Shown: positions 53,973 to 62,849, numbered from the stretch's first letter. The stretch: 64,000 bases of DNA from an uncultured Azospirillum sp. (GCA_902489795.1 CABUBU010000004.1:817-64816), one strand, 5' to 3'. The notes: generated from the letters alone by a model not told the origin. Translations and numbers: made by a program.

Positions 53973-55322
53973 CTAAACCTGCCCCAGATAAACAATCTTA
54001 ACATAACCGTTGGTACCGCCGGCACCGTTTTCGCCCAAATCTCCCGCCTTGCCGCCGGCGCCAAATCCGTTTTGCAAAAGCGAAGACGTCGACTCTTTCT
54101 TGCCCGCGGATTTAATGGTGGAAGAAACGATTTTCAAAGTGCCGACCTCCAGTTTGCCGCCGTCGCCGCCGCCTTCGGCATATGTTCCGGTACCGTGGCC
54201 GCCGCGGCCGCCCCACAGATCAATCAGGCTTTTTCCTTTGAAAGCCAAATAAGTCAGGCCGTTGACTTCCAGCGCGGAAGAATAACCCCACCACTCGCCT
54301 CTGGTCGCGTTACGCCCGCTGGCCCATCCGCCGCGGCCGCCTTCGCCGACTTTGATCGTGTAGTCCCCGGCATCAAACCAGACTTTGCCCATAAAGGCCG
54401 CACCGCTGCCACCATTGCCGCCGTACCACGCATGGGCACCGGCCGATCCGCCGCCACCGCCGCCGGCACCGCAACCAGACAAATGATAATAGCCGCTGAT
54501 TTTTACTTTCAGCTTATAAGTACCCGGTTTACTTTTCTCAAAAACGACTTCGTTTAAGGCATAACCGCTTTCATCCAAATCAACATATAAAACCGTCGAT
54601 CGCTCAATCGTCTGGCTGCCGCTTTGGGTTTTGTAGCCGGGCTTTGATACGGTCCAGGTAACCAAATCGCCCTTTTGAACTTCAATTTTGCTTTGCTCTG
54701 TGCCGTTGATGACAATTTTTGCCCCCGTTTCCGCCGTGCGGATTTCAAAACTCATTGCCAGTTTAACCGTAATTTCCGTATCAGCATTAACCTGAACACT
54801 GCCGGTCTTTGTATCATAGCCGTCTTTTGCAACCTCGAACGAAGCCGTCGCGCCGCGGGTGACCACCGCCGGATTTTGCCGCAAACTGTTGATGAAGACG
54901 TCCGCGTCTTCGGGAACCGACACAACCGTCAGCGTGGCCCGGTAGAGCGTGGATACCAGAGAGATGTTCAGCGTCGTGTCTTCCTCGACGATATAAGTGC
55001 CGCTCACCGGATAATAACCGTCAAGTTTAACGGAATAGCTCACCTTCTCACCCGGCGCCACATAAAGTTCGTCGGCAATCTCGTTGTTGATGTAAACGAT
55101 TGCCTCAGAGGGCTCAACCACAATCTTAAACAAAACCGCGTCCACTTCCTTGACCGGCGCCACAAAATGCGACCCGCCGCGGCGCTTCACCCCGCCTTCC
55201 ACTAAAGGAATAAAATTCAGCATTTTGGCCGCCGAGTAATTATATTTAGGCAAATCGATCCGCCCCTCCAGCCACGGACTGATCTCGCCGCCGTTGAATT
55301 GATTTAAGACCGGTTTTACCAT
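53973..55322 (-). CDS. fusion protein: nozzle-family N-terminal segment + three PEGA-like repeats + glycine-rich fibre-type domain
   Basis: N-terminus MVKPVLNQFNGGEISPWLEGRIDLPKYNYSAAKMLNFIPLVEGGVKRRGGSHFV equals the canonical nozzle-family start. Then EPSEAIVYINN / VPEDADVFINS / ETGAKIVINGT PEGA-like units, then GCGAGGGGGGSAGAHAWYGGNGGSG... The ATG at 55322 overlaps the upstream stop (ATGGTAA). Confidence 0.6.
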   Translation of the reverse strand: MVKPVLNQFNGGEISPWLEGRIDLPKYNYSAAKMLNFIPLVEGGVKRRGGSHFVAPVKEVDAVLFKIVVEPSEAIVYINNEIADELYVAPGEKVSYSVKLDGYYPVSGTYIVEEDTTLNISLVSTLYRATLTVVSVPEDADVFINSLRQNPAVVTRGATASFEVAKDGYDTKTGSVQVNADTEITVKLAMSFEIRTAETGAKIVINGTEQSKIEVQKGDLVTWTVSKPGYKTQSGSQTIERSTVLYVDLDESGYALNEVVFEKSKPGTYKLKVKISGYYHLSGCGAGGGGGGSAGAHAWYGGNGGSGAAFMGKVWFDAGDYTIKVGEGGRGGWASGRNATRGEWWGYSSALEVNGLTYLAFKGKSLIDLWGGRGGHGTGTYAEGGGDGGKLEVGTLKIVSSTIKSAGKKESTSSLLQNGFGAGGKAGDLGENGAGGTNGYVKIVYLGQV

Positions 55323-55930
55323 TCGCCCGCACTCCACGTGTCACGGATGGTTACCCAGCTGTTGTCCGGCATCGTTTCCATATCACGCACAATCTCATTG
55401 TTAAGTCGCGCCTGCGTGATATAACTTTCAAACTCGGCCAGAAAAAGCTGCTTATAATCCGCGCCCTGCTTAATTCGCACGCTCATTTCGGCGGCAACCA
55501 GGGCAATCAGCGCTTCTTTGAAAAGCGGCGTGAAAAGCTTCGGATCGGAAACGTCGGCAATATAGGTGATGTTGATATTGCCGGGCTGTCGGCAAAGCAG
55601 CCGGTTGCCTTCGATCGAGTAACGGACGTCCGGGGCAACCACCACGTCGCTCACGTTCGGCATTTTATAAAACTCGCCGAAATCTTTTAAGACCAGATAA
55701 TCAGCCGGCAGGGCATAGGCGTAAGCAAACAGCGTCGACCCCGTTTCTTCGTCCAACTCCGCCAGACGTGCGCGTTTTAAGGCAAAACGCCAGTAGTGGG
55801 TTGAGAGCAGCATCTTACGCTGATCCTCATAAACATAACCCATCAATTCGCCATACGGGGTTTGCGAAAGCGACGTGATCGTTCCTTCGCCGATTTTGAT
55901 CAAAGCGCGATTGATTATCTCGATACTCAT
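55316..55930 (-). CDS. tail tubular protein A / adaptor (T7 gp11-like)
   Basis: MSIEIINRALIKIGEGTITSLSQ parallels T7 gp11 VNDILASIGEPPVSTLEG. Size ~200 aa and position before the nozzle gene. Confidence 0.55.
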   Translation of the reverse strand: MSIEIINRALIKIGEGTITSLSQTPYGELMGYVYEDQRKMLLSTHYWRFALKRARLAELDEETGSTLFAYAYALPADYLVLKDFGEFYKMPNVSDVVVAPDVRYSIEGNRLLCRQPGNINITYIADVSDPKLFTPLFKEALIALVAAEMSVRIKQGADYKQLFLAEFESYITQARLNNEIVRDMETMPDNSWVTIRDTWSAGEW

Positions 55931-56009
55931 TATTCAAAAAAACTCTAAAAAAAAACAGAAGCCGGCAACCCAGCCCCTGTTTTGTTAACAAAAAAACCCG
56001 ACTTTTGCG

Positions 56010-56321
56010 TCAGGCTTCGTTTTCGGGAGAATTTCCCTGCTCGCCGGCTTTAAGCATCTCGCTCACTCTTGCCATCACGTTTTCGGTGATTTTATCCTCG
56101 AGTTCGGAAAGAGCCGCCGCCTTTACCTGTTCAAGGACTTTGGCAATCTGCTTATCGGTGATAACCGGTTTGTTCTCCGTTGCTGTCAAACTTTCCTGTG
56201 CGTTTGCCTTGCGGAAAAGCTTCGGATTGAGTTTATCCAAATCTTTTCCTTCAACAACCGTCCCGGCGGCAATAATCTTGCCGCCGTCAAGCGTTTCTTT
56301 CAAAGCTACGAATTTTGCCAT
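56010..56321 (-). CDS. hypothetical head-module protein (103 aa)
   Basis: ORF in the operon. No family recognised. Confidence 0.45.
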   Translation of the reverse strand: MAKFVALKETLDGGKIIAAGTVVEGKDLDKLNPKLFRKANAQESLTATENKPVITDKQIAKVLEQVKAAALSELEDKITENVMARVSEMLKAGEQGNSPENEA

Positions 56322-56331
56322 GTCTCATCTC

Positions 56332-56703
56332 CTATCTGGCCAGATAACCGAGGGTTACGCAAATAGTGCCGCTTGCGCTGCTGTTGCCGGCGACTTTGCC
56401 TTTAAGCCAGGTTTTGACATCGGGCGCCAGCGCAATTTGCGCAATCAAATCACCGGCGGCATAATCTCCCGCCGTCAAATTCGCGCTTGTTTCCGTTGTC
56501 GAGAAACCGCCGTCTTTGGCATCATCGCCCAAAATCGTAACCGTAACCGTACCGGCAACCTTAACCGCGCTTTCGGCAATCACGTTGACGACCAGGCCAC
56601 CGTTGGTACCTCCGCCGATAACCGCCTCACCGTCAACGCTGGTTTGAGAAATATCCGCAACCGCCAGATCCTCCCCCCACACCTGCAATTTATGTTTATA
56701 CAT
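56332..56703 (-). CDS. small head-associated protein (possible decoration protein, 123 aa)
   Basis: Directly downstream of the capsid gene. Gly/Ala/Val-rich beta-type sequence. AAGGAG RBS before the ATG at 56703. Confidence 0.4.
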   Translation of the reverse strand: MYKHKLQVWGEDLAVADISQTSVDGEAVIGGGTNGGLVVNVIAESAVKVAGTVTVTILGDDAKDGGFSTTETSANLTAGDYAAGDLIAQIALAPDVKTWLKGKVAGNSSASGTICVTLGYLAR

Positions 56704-56716
56704 TCTTGTTCTCCTT

Positions 56717-57637
56717 TTAATCCAAAACCACCTTCGGCTCGTCACCTGCCATAAACTGATACGACGATACCATCGGAATACCGTTCCAACTGCCGATCAG
56801 GAAGTTTAAGCCCTGTTCGGTATTGCTCATGCGGATCATTTCCTTTTTGTAAGCCTCGCCCAGCCAGTTTAATACCCGCGGATGCATCATCATCCGGGTG
56901 TTACCCGGTTTGGCCTGCACCTGTAAAAGCGCTTCGTTAATCTGTCGGATCGTCGGCAGATTGCCTTCTGCAATGTTGACGATTGTCGCACAGGTCTTGG
57001 GATTCATCAGCTGCATACCGAAGTAGCCTTTAACCTGCGTTAAATAACCGGCAACGCCGTTTTCGTCGTGGCAGAGCTGGCCACCGTAAAGCGGCTGCAC
57101 ATCAAGCATAGCCCCCTGCTTAAATCCTTCCGGTGAATAAAGCCCGCAGCATTCATATGGAACTTGACGAACAATCACGATCGAATATAAATCGGCACTT
57201 CCCCCTGCTGTCTGAGCATTTCCGTTGTCAATCGCATACTGCCGGTAGTTCCTGTAAATAATGTGTTTTTCCGTCTGCATGCCGGCTTCTGCCAAAATGC
57301 CCGGCATCTGTTTGGCAAGATATTTTGCCAGTCCGCCGAAAGCCACCGCCTTATCCTGCTGTACAAAAATCTCGCCGCCCATAATATCGAGATCAACTTG
57401 TTCCAGTTTGGAACCGGTTGACATTTTTGGCAGAGGCGAATTCAGTTTCACAAAACCGGCGCCGTTGATTTCGGTTTTTTTCTCCGCTACATTCCACAAC
57501 GGATGGGAAGACTGCTCAAATTTGATGCCCGCCAAAATCGGCGTTTCTTCCAACAGATAATTAATCTGATGCGGTTGTTTTTTAGCATATTCGACCGACA
57601 GCTCCTGTAAAGTTGCCGGCCTGTCAATATTAGCCAT
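56717..57637 (-). CDS. major capsid protein (306 aa)
   Basis: Position after the scaffold and size are consistent. The family was not verifiable by eye. Confidence 0.6.
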   Translation of the reverse strand: MANIDRPATLQELSVEYAKKQPHQINYLLEETPILAGIKFEQSSHPLWNVAEKKTEINGAGFVKLNSPLPKMSTGSKLEQVDLDIMGGEIFVQQDKAVAFGGLAKYLAKQMPGILAEAGMQTEKHIIYRNYRQYAIDNGNAQTAGGSADLYSIVIVRQVPYECCGLYSPEGFKQGAMLDVQPLYGGQLCHDENGVAGYLTQVKGYFGMQLMNPKTCATIVNIAEGNLPTIRQINEALLQVQAKPGNTRMMMHPRVLNWLGEAYKKEMIRMSNTEQGLNFLIGSWNGIPMVSSYQFMAGDEPKVVLD

Positions 57638-58283
57638 TTCTCATTCCTTTCGCTTTTTCAAAAATTTCGGTTAAATAATCGACGGTCGACATTGCCTCGT
57701 CTTTCAAAGCCCCGCCGCCGCTCAGGCCTTTGGCCGTGTCTTCACTCAAAGCGTTTCCGAGCTTCAAACAAAGATCCATAAAGTTCCTGGTGCCGATTGC
57801 CGCTTCCATTGCACCGACCGCCTCTTCACCAAGACCAAGAACCGCCGCACCCCGGCGCGCCAGTTCCTGATTTTTTGCCAGCCCGTCGCCCTGCGCCTGC
57901 TGCCAGGCTTCCATCTCGGCTTTGGACCGTTCGTTCCACATTTTTGCCTGTTCTTCCTGCATGTCGTCCCAGGCCTTGACTAAACCGGCCGCCGCCTTCC
58001 GGCTCAGCCCGTTGTCAAAAAAAGCCTTTTGCATGGTGGCTGCAAAAGGCTTGTCCGTTTCTCGAAAACTGATTTCATACTTGTCCGGCGCTTCCGGACG
58101 ACCCAAACGGGAATAAAGTTCGTTCCATTCCTCCGGCTTGTCTTCTGCCGGAATATAAAACTTGTCGGCCGGCGCTGCATTCTCTGCTTCGGCCTTATCA
58201 ACCGCCGGTTCGGCAGTGTTGCTTTCCGCCGTCGGCTCATCCGGCAGCGTGTCAATATCTTCGCTCATTCCTTTTCCTTTCAA
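57630..58283 (-). CDS. scaffolding protein
   Basis: Acidic, Ala/Glu-rich, helical, between the portal-side genes and the capsid gene. Confidence 0.55.
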   Translation of the reverse strand: MKGKGMSEDIDTLPDEPTAESNTAEPAVDKAEAENAAPADKFYIPAEDKPEEWNELYSRLGRPEAPDKYEISFRETDKPFAATMQKAFFDNGLSRKAAAGLVKAWDDMQEEQAKMWNERSKAEMEAWQQAQGDGLAKNQELARRGAAVLGLGEEAVGAMEAAIGTRNFMDLCLKLGNALSEDTAKGLSGGGALKDEAMSTVDYLTEIFEKAKGMRNG

Positions 58284-58624
58284 ATTTGCGTTAAATCATT
58301 AAACAAATCGTCTTCTCTTTTGGCCTCGGTCATGGCCGCCAGGTTAAACACCTCGGTTTCGTCAACCGCCAGCCTTGAGATCAGCAGATCATAAACCCGG
58401 CGGCTGCCGGCCATATACGCTACCGCCGCCGCGTCAAAGCGTCCGTCCGCGGAAAAAAGCAGTGACATTCCGCTCTCATTTAACCGCCGCCCTTTAGCAC
58501 CGACTTCATCCCTCAACCATTCAAGAACGATTTTGGCATCCTCTTTCAATTTGCCGTCAGGCTCAAAAAAAAGGCGCTTTAACGCCCGCACCTGCTTATA
58601 CTTTGCCCATAAATTAATTATCAT
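58280..58624 (-). CDS. hypothetical phage protein (114 aa)
   Basis: ORF coupled (4-nt overlaps) to portal and scaffold genes. Confidence 0.45.
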   Translation of the reverse strand: MIINLWAKYKQVRALKRLFFEPDGKLKEDAKIVLEWLRDEVGAKGRRLNESGMSLLFSADGRFDAAAVAYMAGSRRVYDLLISRLAVDETEVFNLAAMTEAKREDDLFNDLTQI

Positions 58625-60222
58625 GCACCCGCCTCCTTCAAATTCTTCATCGACTGCGACAAAACCGGCGCCGCCTGCAACAGCTGCTCGGCCTGCTGTT
58701 GTTGCGCCCTGGCCTCACCAAGCGCCTGAATTTGTTCCGGCGTCCGCAAAATCCGGCTCGGCACGCCTTTGTAGTTGGCAATAATCGTCAAGGCCTCGCC
58801 CATATCGATCCGGTCAAGCACCGTCGGATCCACCTGCGAGAGCGACATTGCGCTCTCCAACGTTTCAAACACGCCTTTAATCTCTCCCGCCTGCTGCATA
58901 TGTACCAGCGGGCTTTCAAACTCAATCTGCAAACTGCCGTCCTCCATCAATTCATCCGGCACTTCGTCCAAAAGCCCGTACTCACGGATAATGTCAATTT
59001 CCCGTTCACAATTGCCGACCATCCACTCGGAGTTGATCCTCTCGCCCATCGGCGCCAGCAGCATTGCCTTTTCCTGTTCGCGCAAACGGGCTTCCTCGGC
59101 CGTCATCTCCTTGGTTTGCGCCAAGGACAAGAATAACGGCTGCAAAAAGGCGTTGTGGATCGCCTCCCGCACCTGATTTTGCAACTCAAGTGTTATCGAC
59201 AGATTGTTGCCGTACTGCATCGGCGCCAAGAGCGGCCGCCCCTGTGCATCCAACCCGCCGGGAATCAACGCGCCGGCGGTACCGGCTCTGGCGGCGTTGG
59301 CAATGTTGGCGGCAGATAAAATCGGCGGATTGCCCTGCAGCTGTCCTGTACGAAGCACGGTTTTGCCCATTTCGTTAATGGTCAGGATATCGAAAAAGGC
59401 CTGCAATGCCGGACTGTCGCCGTATGCCGACCCGGGAATTCCCAGATAATGCGGCACCATATACGGCTGCGTGCGGTAGCCGCTCTCATATATCAATTCA
59501 CCGCCCTCATCGTCCAGATTAATGTGATACGACACAAACGGCATTCCCGAATAATCCTGCCGCAAAGGCTGCCTATCCTCACGCGGCTCCACCACATGCA
59601 ACAGCCGGATATTGCTGTCCGGCTGCTTTTCGAATCGTTCCTTCATCTTTGCCGTCGAACGAGAGCCAAATTCCTTAATTGCCTGCCTCAGCGACATTTC
59701 ATATTCCCGATAAACCGTATCCACCCGGTTAGACCGGTTCACGTCACAATAGACTTCGGACATCAAAATCGTGCGGTAAGAAATGCCGCGGCCGACATTG
59801 TCCTCAACCAGCCACGGAGATTGTCCGTATAACCCCAGCTGTGTCAGCATCATATCCGCCTCGCTCGAAAAGCTGGAACCGGCGGCATAACGAAATTTAA
59901 ACAGCAAATTGTTGACGTATTCCAAAAAACGCTGCACCCCATCGTTATCGTCCAGCCCCGGCCTGCTGGCTTTGATCCTGTGATAACGCTGATTACTCGG
60001 CACCAGAATTGATTTTAATGCCGCGGCAAAACGGGTGAGATCGGAACGGGCAGTTGTATCAAACACCTTTTGGACAAAACGTCCCTTGTCGTCTTTGATG
60101 TAAATTCTGGAATTAATCGAACACAGTTCGGCCGCCTTGTCCCAATACGGCTCCCAGAATTTCCGTTTGTCTTTCAGCGCCGACAGCCGTTTCAAGGCAT
60201 ATTTCACCCGTTCTTCCGTCAT
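58621..60222 (-). CDS. portal protein (T7-type head-to-tail connector family)
   Basis: N-terminus ALKRLSALKDKRKFWEPYWDKAAELCSIN ... FDTTARSDLTRFAAALKSILVPSNQRYHRI fits the Head-tail_con (PF12236-like) pattern. 533 aa. Confidence 0.7.
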   Translation of the reverse strand: MTEERVKYALKRLSALKDKRKFWEPYWDKAAELCSINSRIYIKDDKGRFVQKVFDTTARSDLTRFAAALKSILVPSNQRYHRIKASRPGLDDNDGVQRFLEYVNNLLFKFRYAAGSSFSSEADMMLTQLGLYGQSPWLVEDNVGRGISYRTILMSEVYCDVNRSNRVDTVYREYEMSLRQAIKEFGSRSTAKMKERFEKQPDSNIRLLHVVEPREDRQPLRQDYSGMPFVSYHINLDDEGGELIYESGYRTQPYMVPHYLGIPGSAYGDSPALQAFFDILTINEMGKTVLRTGQLQGNPPILSAANIANAARAGTAGALIPGGLDAQGRPLLAPMQYGNNLSITLELQNQVREAIHNAFLQPLFLSLAQTKEMTAEEARLREQEKAMLLAPMGERINSEWMVGNCEREIDIIREYGLLDEVPDELMEDGSLQIEFESPLVHMQQAGEIKGVFETLESAMSLSQVDPTVLDRIDMGEALTIIANYKGVPSRILRTPEQIQALGEARAQQQQAEQLLQAAPVLSQSMKNLKEAGA

Positions 60223-60226
60223 CTTA

Positions 60227-60430
60227 TCAGGCTCCGAGCGTGGTTTTGGTCGTGGTTATACCGCCGGTCGTCGTCTGTCCGGCCAAGAACTGGCTGGCCG
60301 CACCCTGACGGCGTCTCCGACGGCGTTCTTCTTCCTGCGTTTTGGCAGAATTGTCGATTACTTCGGGTTTCACCTCTTCCACCACCGTCGGCGCCACCTT
60401 CGGGCTGCCCCCAATTAAAGAACTCATCAT
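60227..60430 (-). CDS. hypothetical small protein (67 aa) between terL and portal
   Basis: ORF with an Arg-rich centre (EEERRRRRRQ). Confidence 0.35.
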   Translation of the reverse strand: MMSSLIGGSPKVAPTVVEEVKPEVIDNSAKTQEEERRRRRRQGAASQFLAGQTTTGGITTTKTTLGA

Positions 60431-60436
60431 CTTCTC

Positions 60437-61771
60437 CTAAACATAAATATTGCCGTCGACAAAGCCTTCGGCACCGGTTTCAACATAAACGTTGCCGTCT
60501 ACAAATTCCGCCCGCACCGTTTGCAGCGAAGAAGGATAAAAGGCCTCGGCAAACGTCAGCGCCAGCGCGTCGCCCAAATCCGGCGAGAACCCCAGCCGCT
60601 TTTTTATTTCTCTCTTGTCCTCCAAAAGCAGCCGCCCGCGATTGTCAAACTGCTTGTTAACCGCCGTCAGATCTTCCAGAATCCCCGGCATATCGGTGAG
60701 AGAAACGCCGCTTTCGGTTTTTAGCCAGTCGTTCAAACGCCCCCACATTTCCGCCCGCCGGTTGGCATAACGGTCCTCGTCCTGCGCTTTGGATCCGAAG
60801 TTCACTTCCCGCACCACCTCCCGGTAACCGCGGTCATACAGCAAATCAATCACCCCGGCGCCGTTCTGCCCGGCGTCGACATTCACCCGCACCGGCTTTT
60901 CTTCCCGGATTATCCGCACAATCAGGTTGGCTACCGCCACCGTATCCAGATGTTTATAAGTCTGCATCCGGTAGGCCTGCCGCCCGCGCCGCCGGCAAAT
61001 TGCCGTCCGGTCGTCGCCAAACCGCGCCACATCAACCCCGACGATCAGCGGCAGCGTGTCGTTGGCGTTGTCAATCTTAAACGCCAGCGCCCGGTGAACA
61101 TCGGCGCTTGAAATCAGCTTCAGCGTTCCCTGCGGCAGCGGATCGCCTTCCCAGATATGCAAATAACCGTCAAAATCCTCGCGCCGGCACTTTTCCGCCT
61201 GATTTTTCAACTCTGCCGGGCAAAAAGGATTGTCATAATAATTCACTTTACGCACCAGCGTCCGTTCATCCGGGTTGGCGGCCAGAGCCACCCACAAAGC
61301 GTCCGTTTCTTCCTCCCGGTTCATCGAAATCCAAATTTCCGATCCGTCTTTGCGGATGGTCGGGTCCAAAATCTCCCAGCTTTTGCGGGTGATCGTTTGT
61401 CCTTCCTCAATCCAGCAATAGTCAACACCTTCAAGCGATTTGATATTCTGGCTGTTCTGGTCGCGCAGCCCTTTGAAAATAAACCTGCTGGCGGTTTTAA
61501 CATTGTCAATTCTGTCTTCATAAAAGCGATAGCCGGGCAACCCGTACAAAGTGATCCGCTCACACAAAAGCTTGTAAACGGAATCTTTGATACTGTCTTG
61601 AATCTCGCGCAAACAGGCGACAAATATCTTCTTTTGCGCGCCCAAAAGCGCCAGACTGTCGGCAAAAGCATAGGATTTGCCGCCGCCGCGCCCGCCGTAA
61701 TAAAACTTATAACGCCATTTCTCGGTCAAAAGCGGCGCAAAAGCTTCAGGTATTTGCATGTCCGCCATCAT
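60437..61771 (-). CDS. terminase large subunit (PBSX/Terminase_3 type)
   Basis: Walker A YYGGRGGGKSY, Walker B-like VDYCWIEEG, nuclease motif VGVDVARFGDDRTA. Confidence 0.85.
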   Translation of the reverse strand: MMADMQIPEAFAPLLTEKWRYKFYYGGRGGGKSYAFADSLALLGAQKKIFVACLREIQDSIKDSVYKLLCERITLYGLPGYRFYEDRIDNVKTASRFIFKGLRDQNSQNIKSLEGVDYCWIEEGQTITRKSWEILDPTIRKDGSEIWISMNREEETDALWVALAANPDERTLVRKVNYYDNPFCPAELKNQAEKCRREDFDGYLHIWEGDPLPQGTLKLISSADVHRALAFKIDNANDTLPLIVGVDVARFGDDRTAICRRRGRQAYRMQTYKHLDTVAVANLIVRIIREEKPVRVNVDAGQNGAGVIDLLYDRGYREVVREVNFGSKAQDEDRYANRRAEMWGRLNDWLKTESGVSLTDMPGILEDLTAVNKQFDNRGRLLLEDKREIKKRLGFSPDLGDALALTFAEAFYPSSLQTVRAEFVDGNVYVETGAEGFVDGNIYV

Positions 61772-62249
61772 TGCCGCCGCTTTCCTGCTTTTCCTCTTCC
61801 GCCCCGCCGGCCATATTTACAAACCGAACCGTCACCCCGCCGACCTCACCGCTCAGATTGACGTCGCTTTTCTCTTTCCACTCGTCGGCAAAGGCGTTCT
61901 TCAAAATAAAATCGGCTTTGTTGCCCGGTTTTCCTTCAACACATTGCTCAACAAAATACTTTTCGACAATCTGGCGGAACTGCGCCAGCATCACCCGATA
62001 CTTCGGCTTTTTGGCATAATCATAAAAGGTTGTTTTGGTAATGCCGGCAAAAGCGCAAAAGCCCTCAATCGTAATCGGCGCCGGGCTTATCATCGTTTCC
62101 ACCCCGCCTTTGGTCGCCACCTCAACAATCCGGTTTTCCTGGCGCTCCAAAAAAGCGTACAGTTTCTCCAGCATCTCGTCCGGCGAATTAAAAGCCTTCG
62201 GCCGCCCGCCGAGCGGATATTTTGCTTTTATTTCCGTCAAATCTGCCAT
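61746..62249 (-). CDS. terminase small subunit (gp3-type DNA-packaging protein)
   Basis: GGRPKAFNSPDEMLEKLYAFLE ... PITIEGFCAFAGITKTTFYDYAKKPKY is an HTH typical of small terminases. ATG at 62249 after GAGGG. Overlaps the terL start. Confidence 0.7.
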   Translation of the reverse strand: MADLTEIKAKYPLGGRPKAFNSPDEMLEKLYAFLERQENRIVEVATKGGVETMISPAPITIEGFCAFAGITKTTFYDYAKKPKYRVMLAQFRQIVEKYFVEQCVEGKPGNKADFILKNAFADEWKEKSDVNLSGEVGGVTVRFVNMAGGAEEEKQESGGNDGGHANT

Positions 62250-62383
62250 TTTTGCCCTCAAACTGCCTTATTAAAGCCCCATATTTAACCACCCGCAAGC
62301 CCTTATTTTCCAAGGCCTTGCGCTTATATTTTTCTCTCGCGCGCGTATTTTCGAGTAAGAAAACTACCCCACGTTGACGTTTC

Positions 62384-62423
62384 CATAGAAAAACCCCGGA
62401 AAGCTTAAGCTTTTCCGGGGTTT
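62384..62423 (-). terminator. strong intrinsic terminator upstream of terS
   Basis: Minus strand AAACCCCGGAAAAGC-ttaa-GCTTTTCCGGGGTTT followed by TTCTAT. Confidence 0.65.
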
Positions 62424-62483
62424 CCAACAATTTTTTAAGCGAGAAATATCTGAACAAACCGTTTCGTTTCCAAAAAAACAAAA

Positions 62484-62638
62484 GCTCCGGTAAGGATTTG
62501 CACCTTACATAACAGTCCACTCCCCTCCTCAATCGAGCCTTGACAAATCAGCTATTTCACTGTGTCATTGTCAGGTGGTATCGAACCACTAGAACCGCCT
62601 TATCTGCTGTTAGCGTCTACCTATTCCGCCACGGAAGC
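62484..62638 (-). ncRNA. 155-nt tRNA-like RNA (class II tRNA-type acceptor/D/T arms with ~90-nt insert replacing the anticodon loop)
   Basis: Features:
- 5' GCTTCCG pairs with 3' CCGGAGC (6 of 7 pairs including one G-U)
- TGGCGGAATAGGTAGACGC is nearly identical to the E. coli tRNA-Leu D-arm
- TAACAG/CTGTTA 6-bp stem encloses an insert that itself carries a canonical T-arm GTGG-TTCGATA-CCAC
- 3' T-arm TAAGG-TGCAAAT-CCTTA
- followed by TTTTGTTTTTTT. Confidence 0.45.
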
Positions 62639-62725
62639 AAAGTCTAATAACAAGCTCTCGCTTTTTTAACTTTTAGTCTTCGTTTTTTAAGAAACAATCT
62701 GAACCCATTTGTTCATCATATAAAA

Positions 62726-62755
62726 ATTATAGCGCAAAACCGCAAAAAATGTCCA
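62726..62755 (-). promoter_or_regulatory. sigma70-like promoter directing transcription towards the tRNA-like RNA and terS
   Basis: Minus strand TGGACA (62755-62750), 18 nt, TATAAT (62731-62726). Confidence 0.45.
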
Positions 62756-62763
62756 ACACAAAA

Positions 62764-62783
62764 ATGTTTAAACATGTTTAAAC
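62764..62783. repeat. tandem ATGTTTAAAC x2 (each containing the palindrome GTTTAAAC) between divergent promoters; candidate operator
   Basis: Perfect 10-bp direct repeat. ATGTTTAAACAT is also a 12-bp perfect palindrome. Confidence 0.5.
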
Positions 62784-62820
62784 AAATGCTTGCGGATAAC
62801 TTTTTTTATAAAAAAACCGC

Positions 62821-62849
62821 TTGACATGTCACCAAAAGTGACATATAAT
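62821..62849 (+). promoter_or_regulatory. perfect-consensus sigma70 promoter with an inverted repeat in the spacer (operator)
   Basis: TTGACA (62821-62826), 17-nt spacer TGTCACcaaaaGTGACA (perfect 6-bp inverted repeat), TATAAT (62844-62849). Confidence 0.7.

Noticed and set aside
62188-62532. 114-aa minus-strand ORF upstream of terS
   Set aside because: It overlaps the terS start, a strong terminator and the 3' part of the tRNA-like RNA. It has Arg/Lys/Phe-rich shadow composition.
62484-62638. The tRNA-like sequence as a bona fide tRNA-Leu gene and as the right-hand att site of the prophage
   Set aside because: It has no 7-nt anticodon loop or anticodon arm and is 155 nt long. It shares no sequence with the tRNA-Lys fragment at the left junction, and phage-type genes (the early operon) continue to its right.
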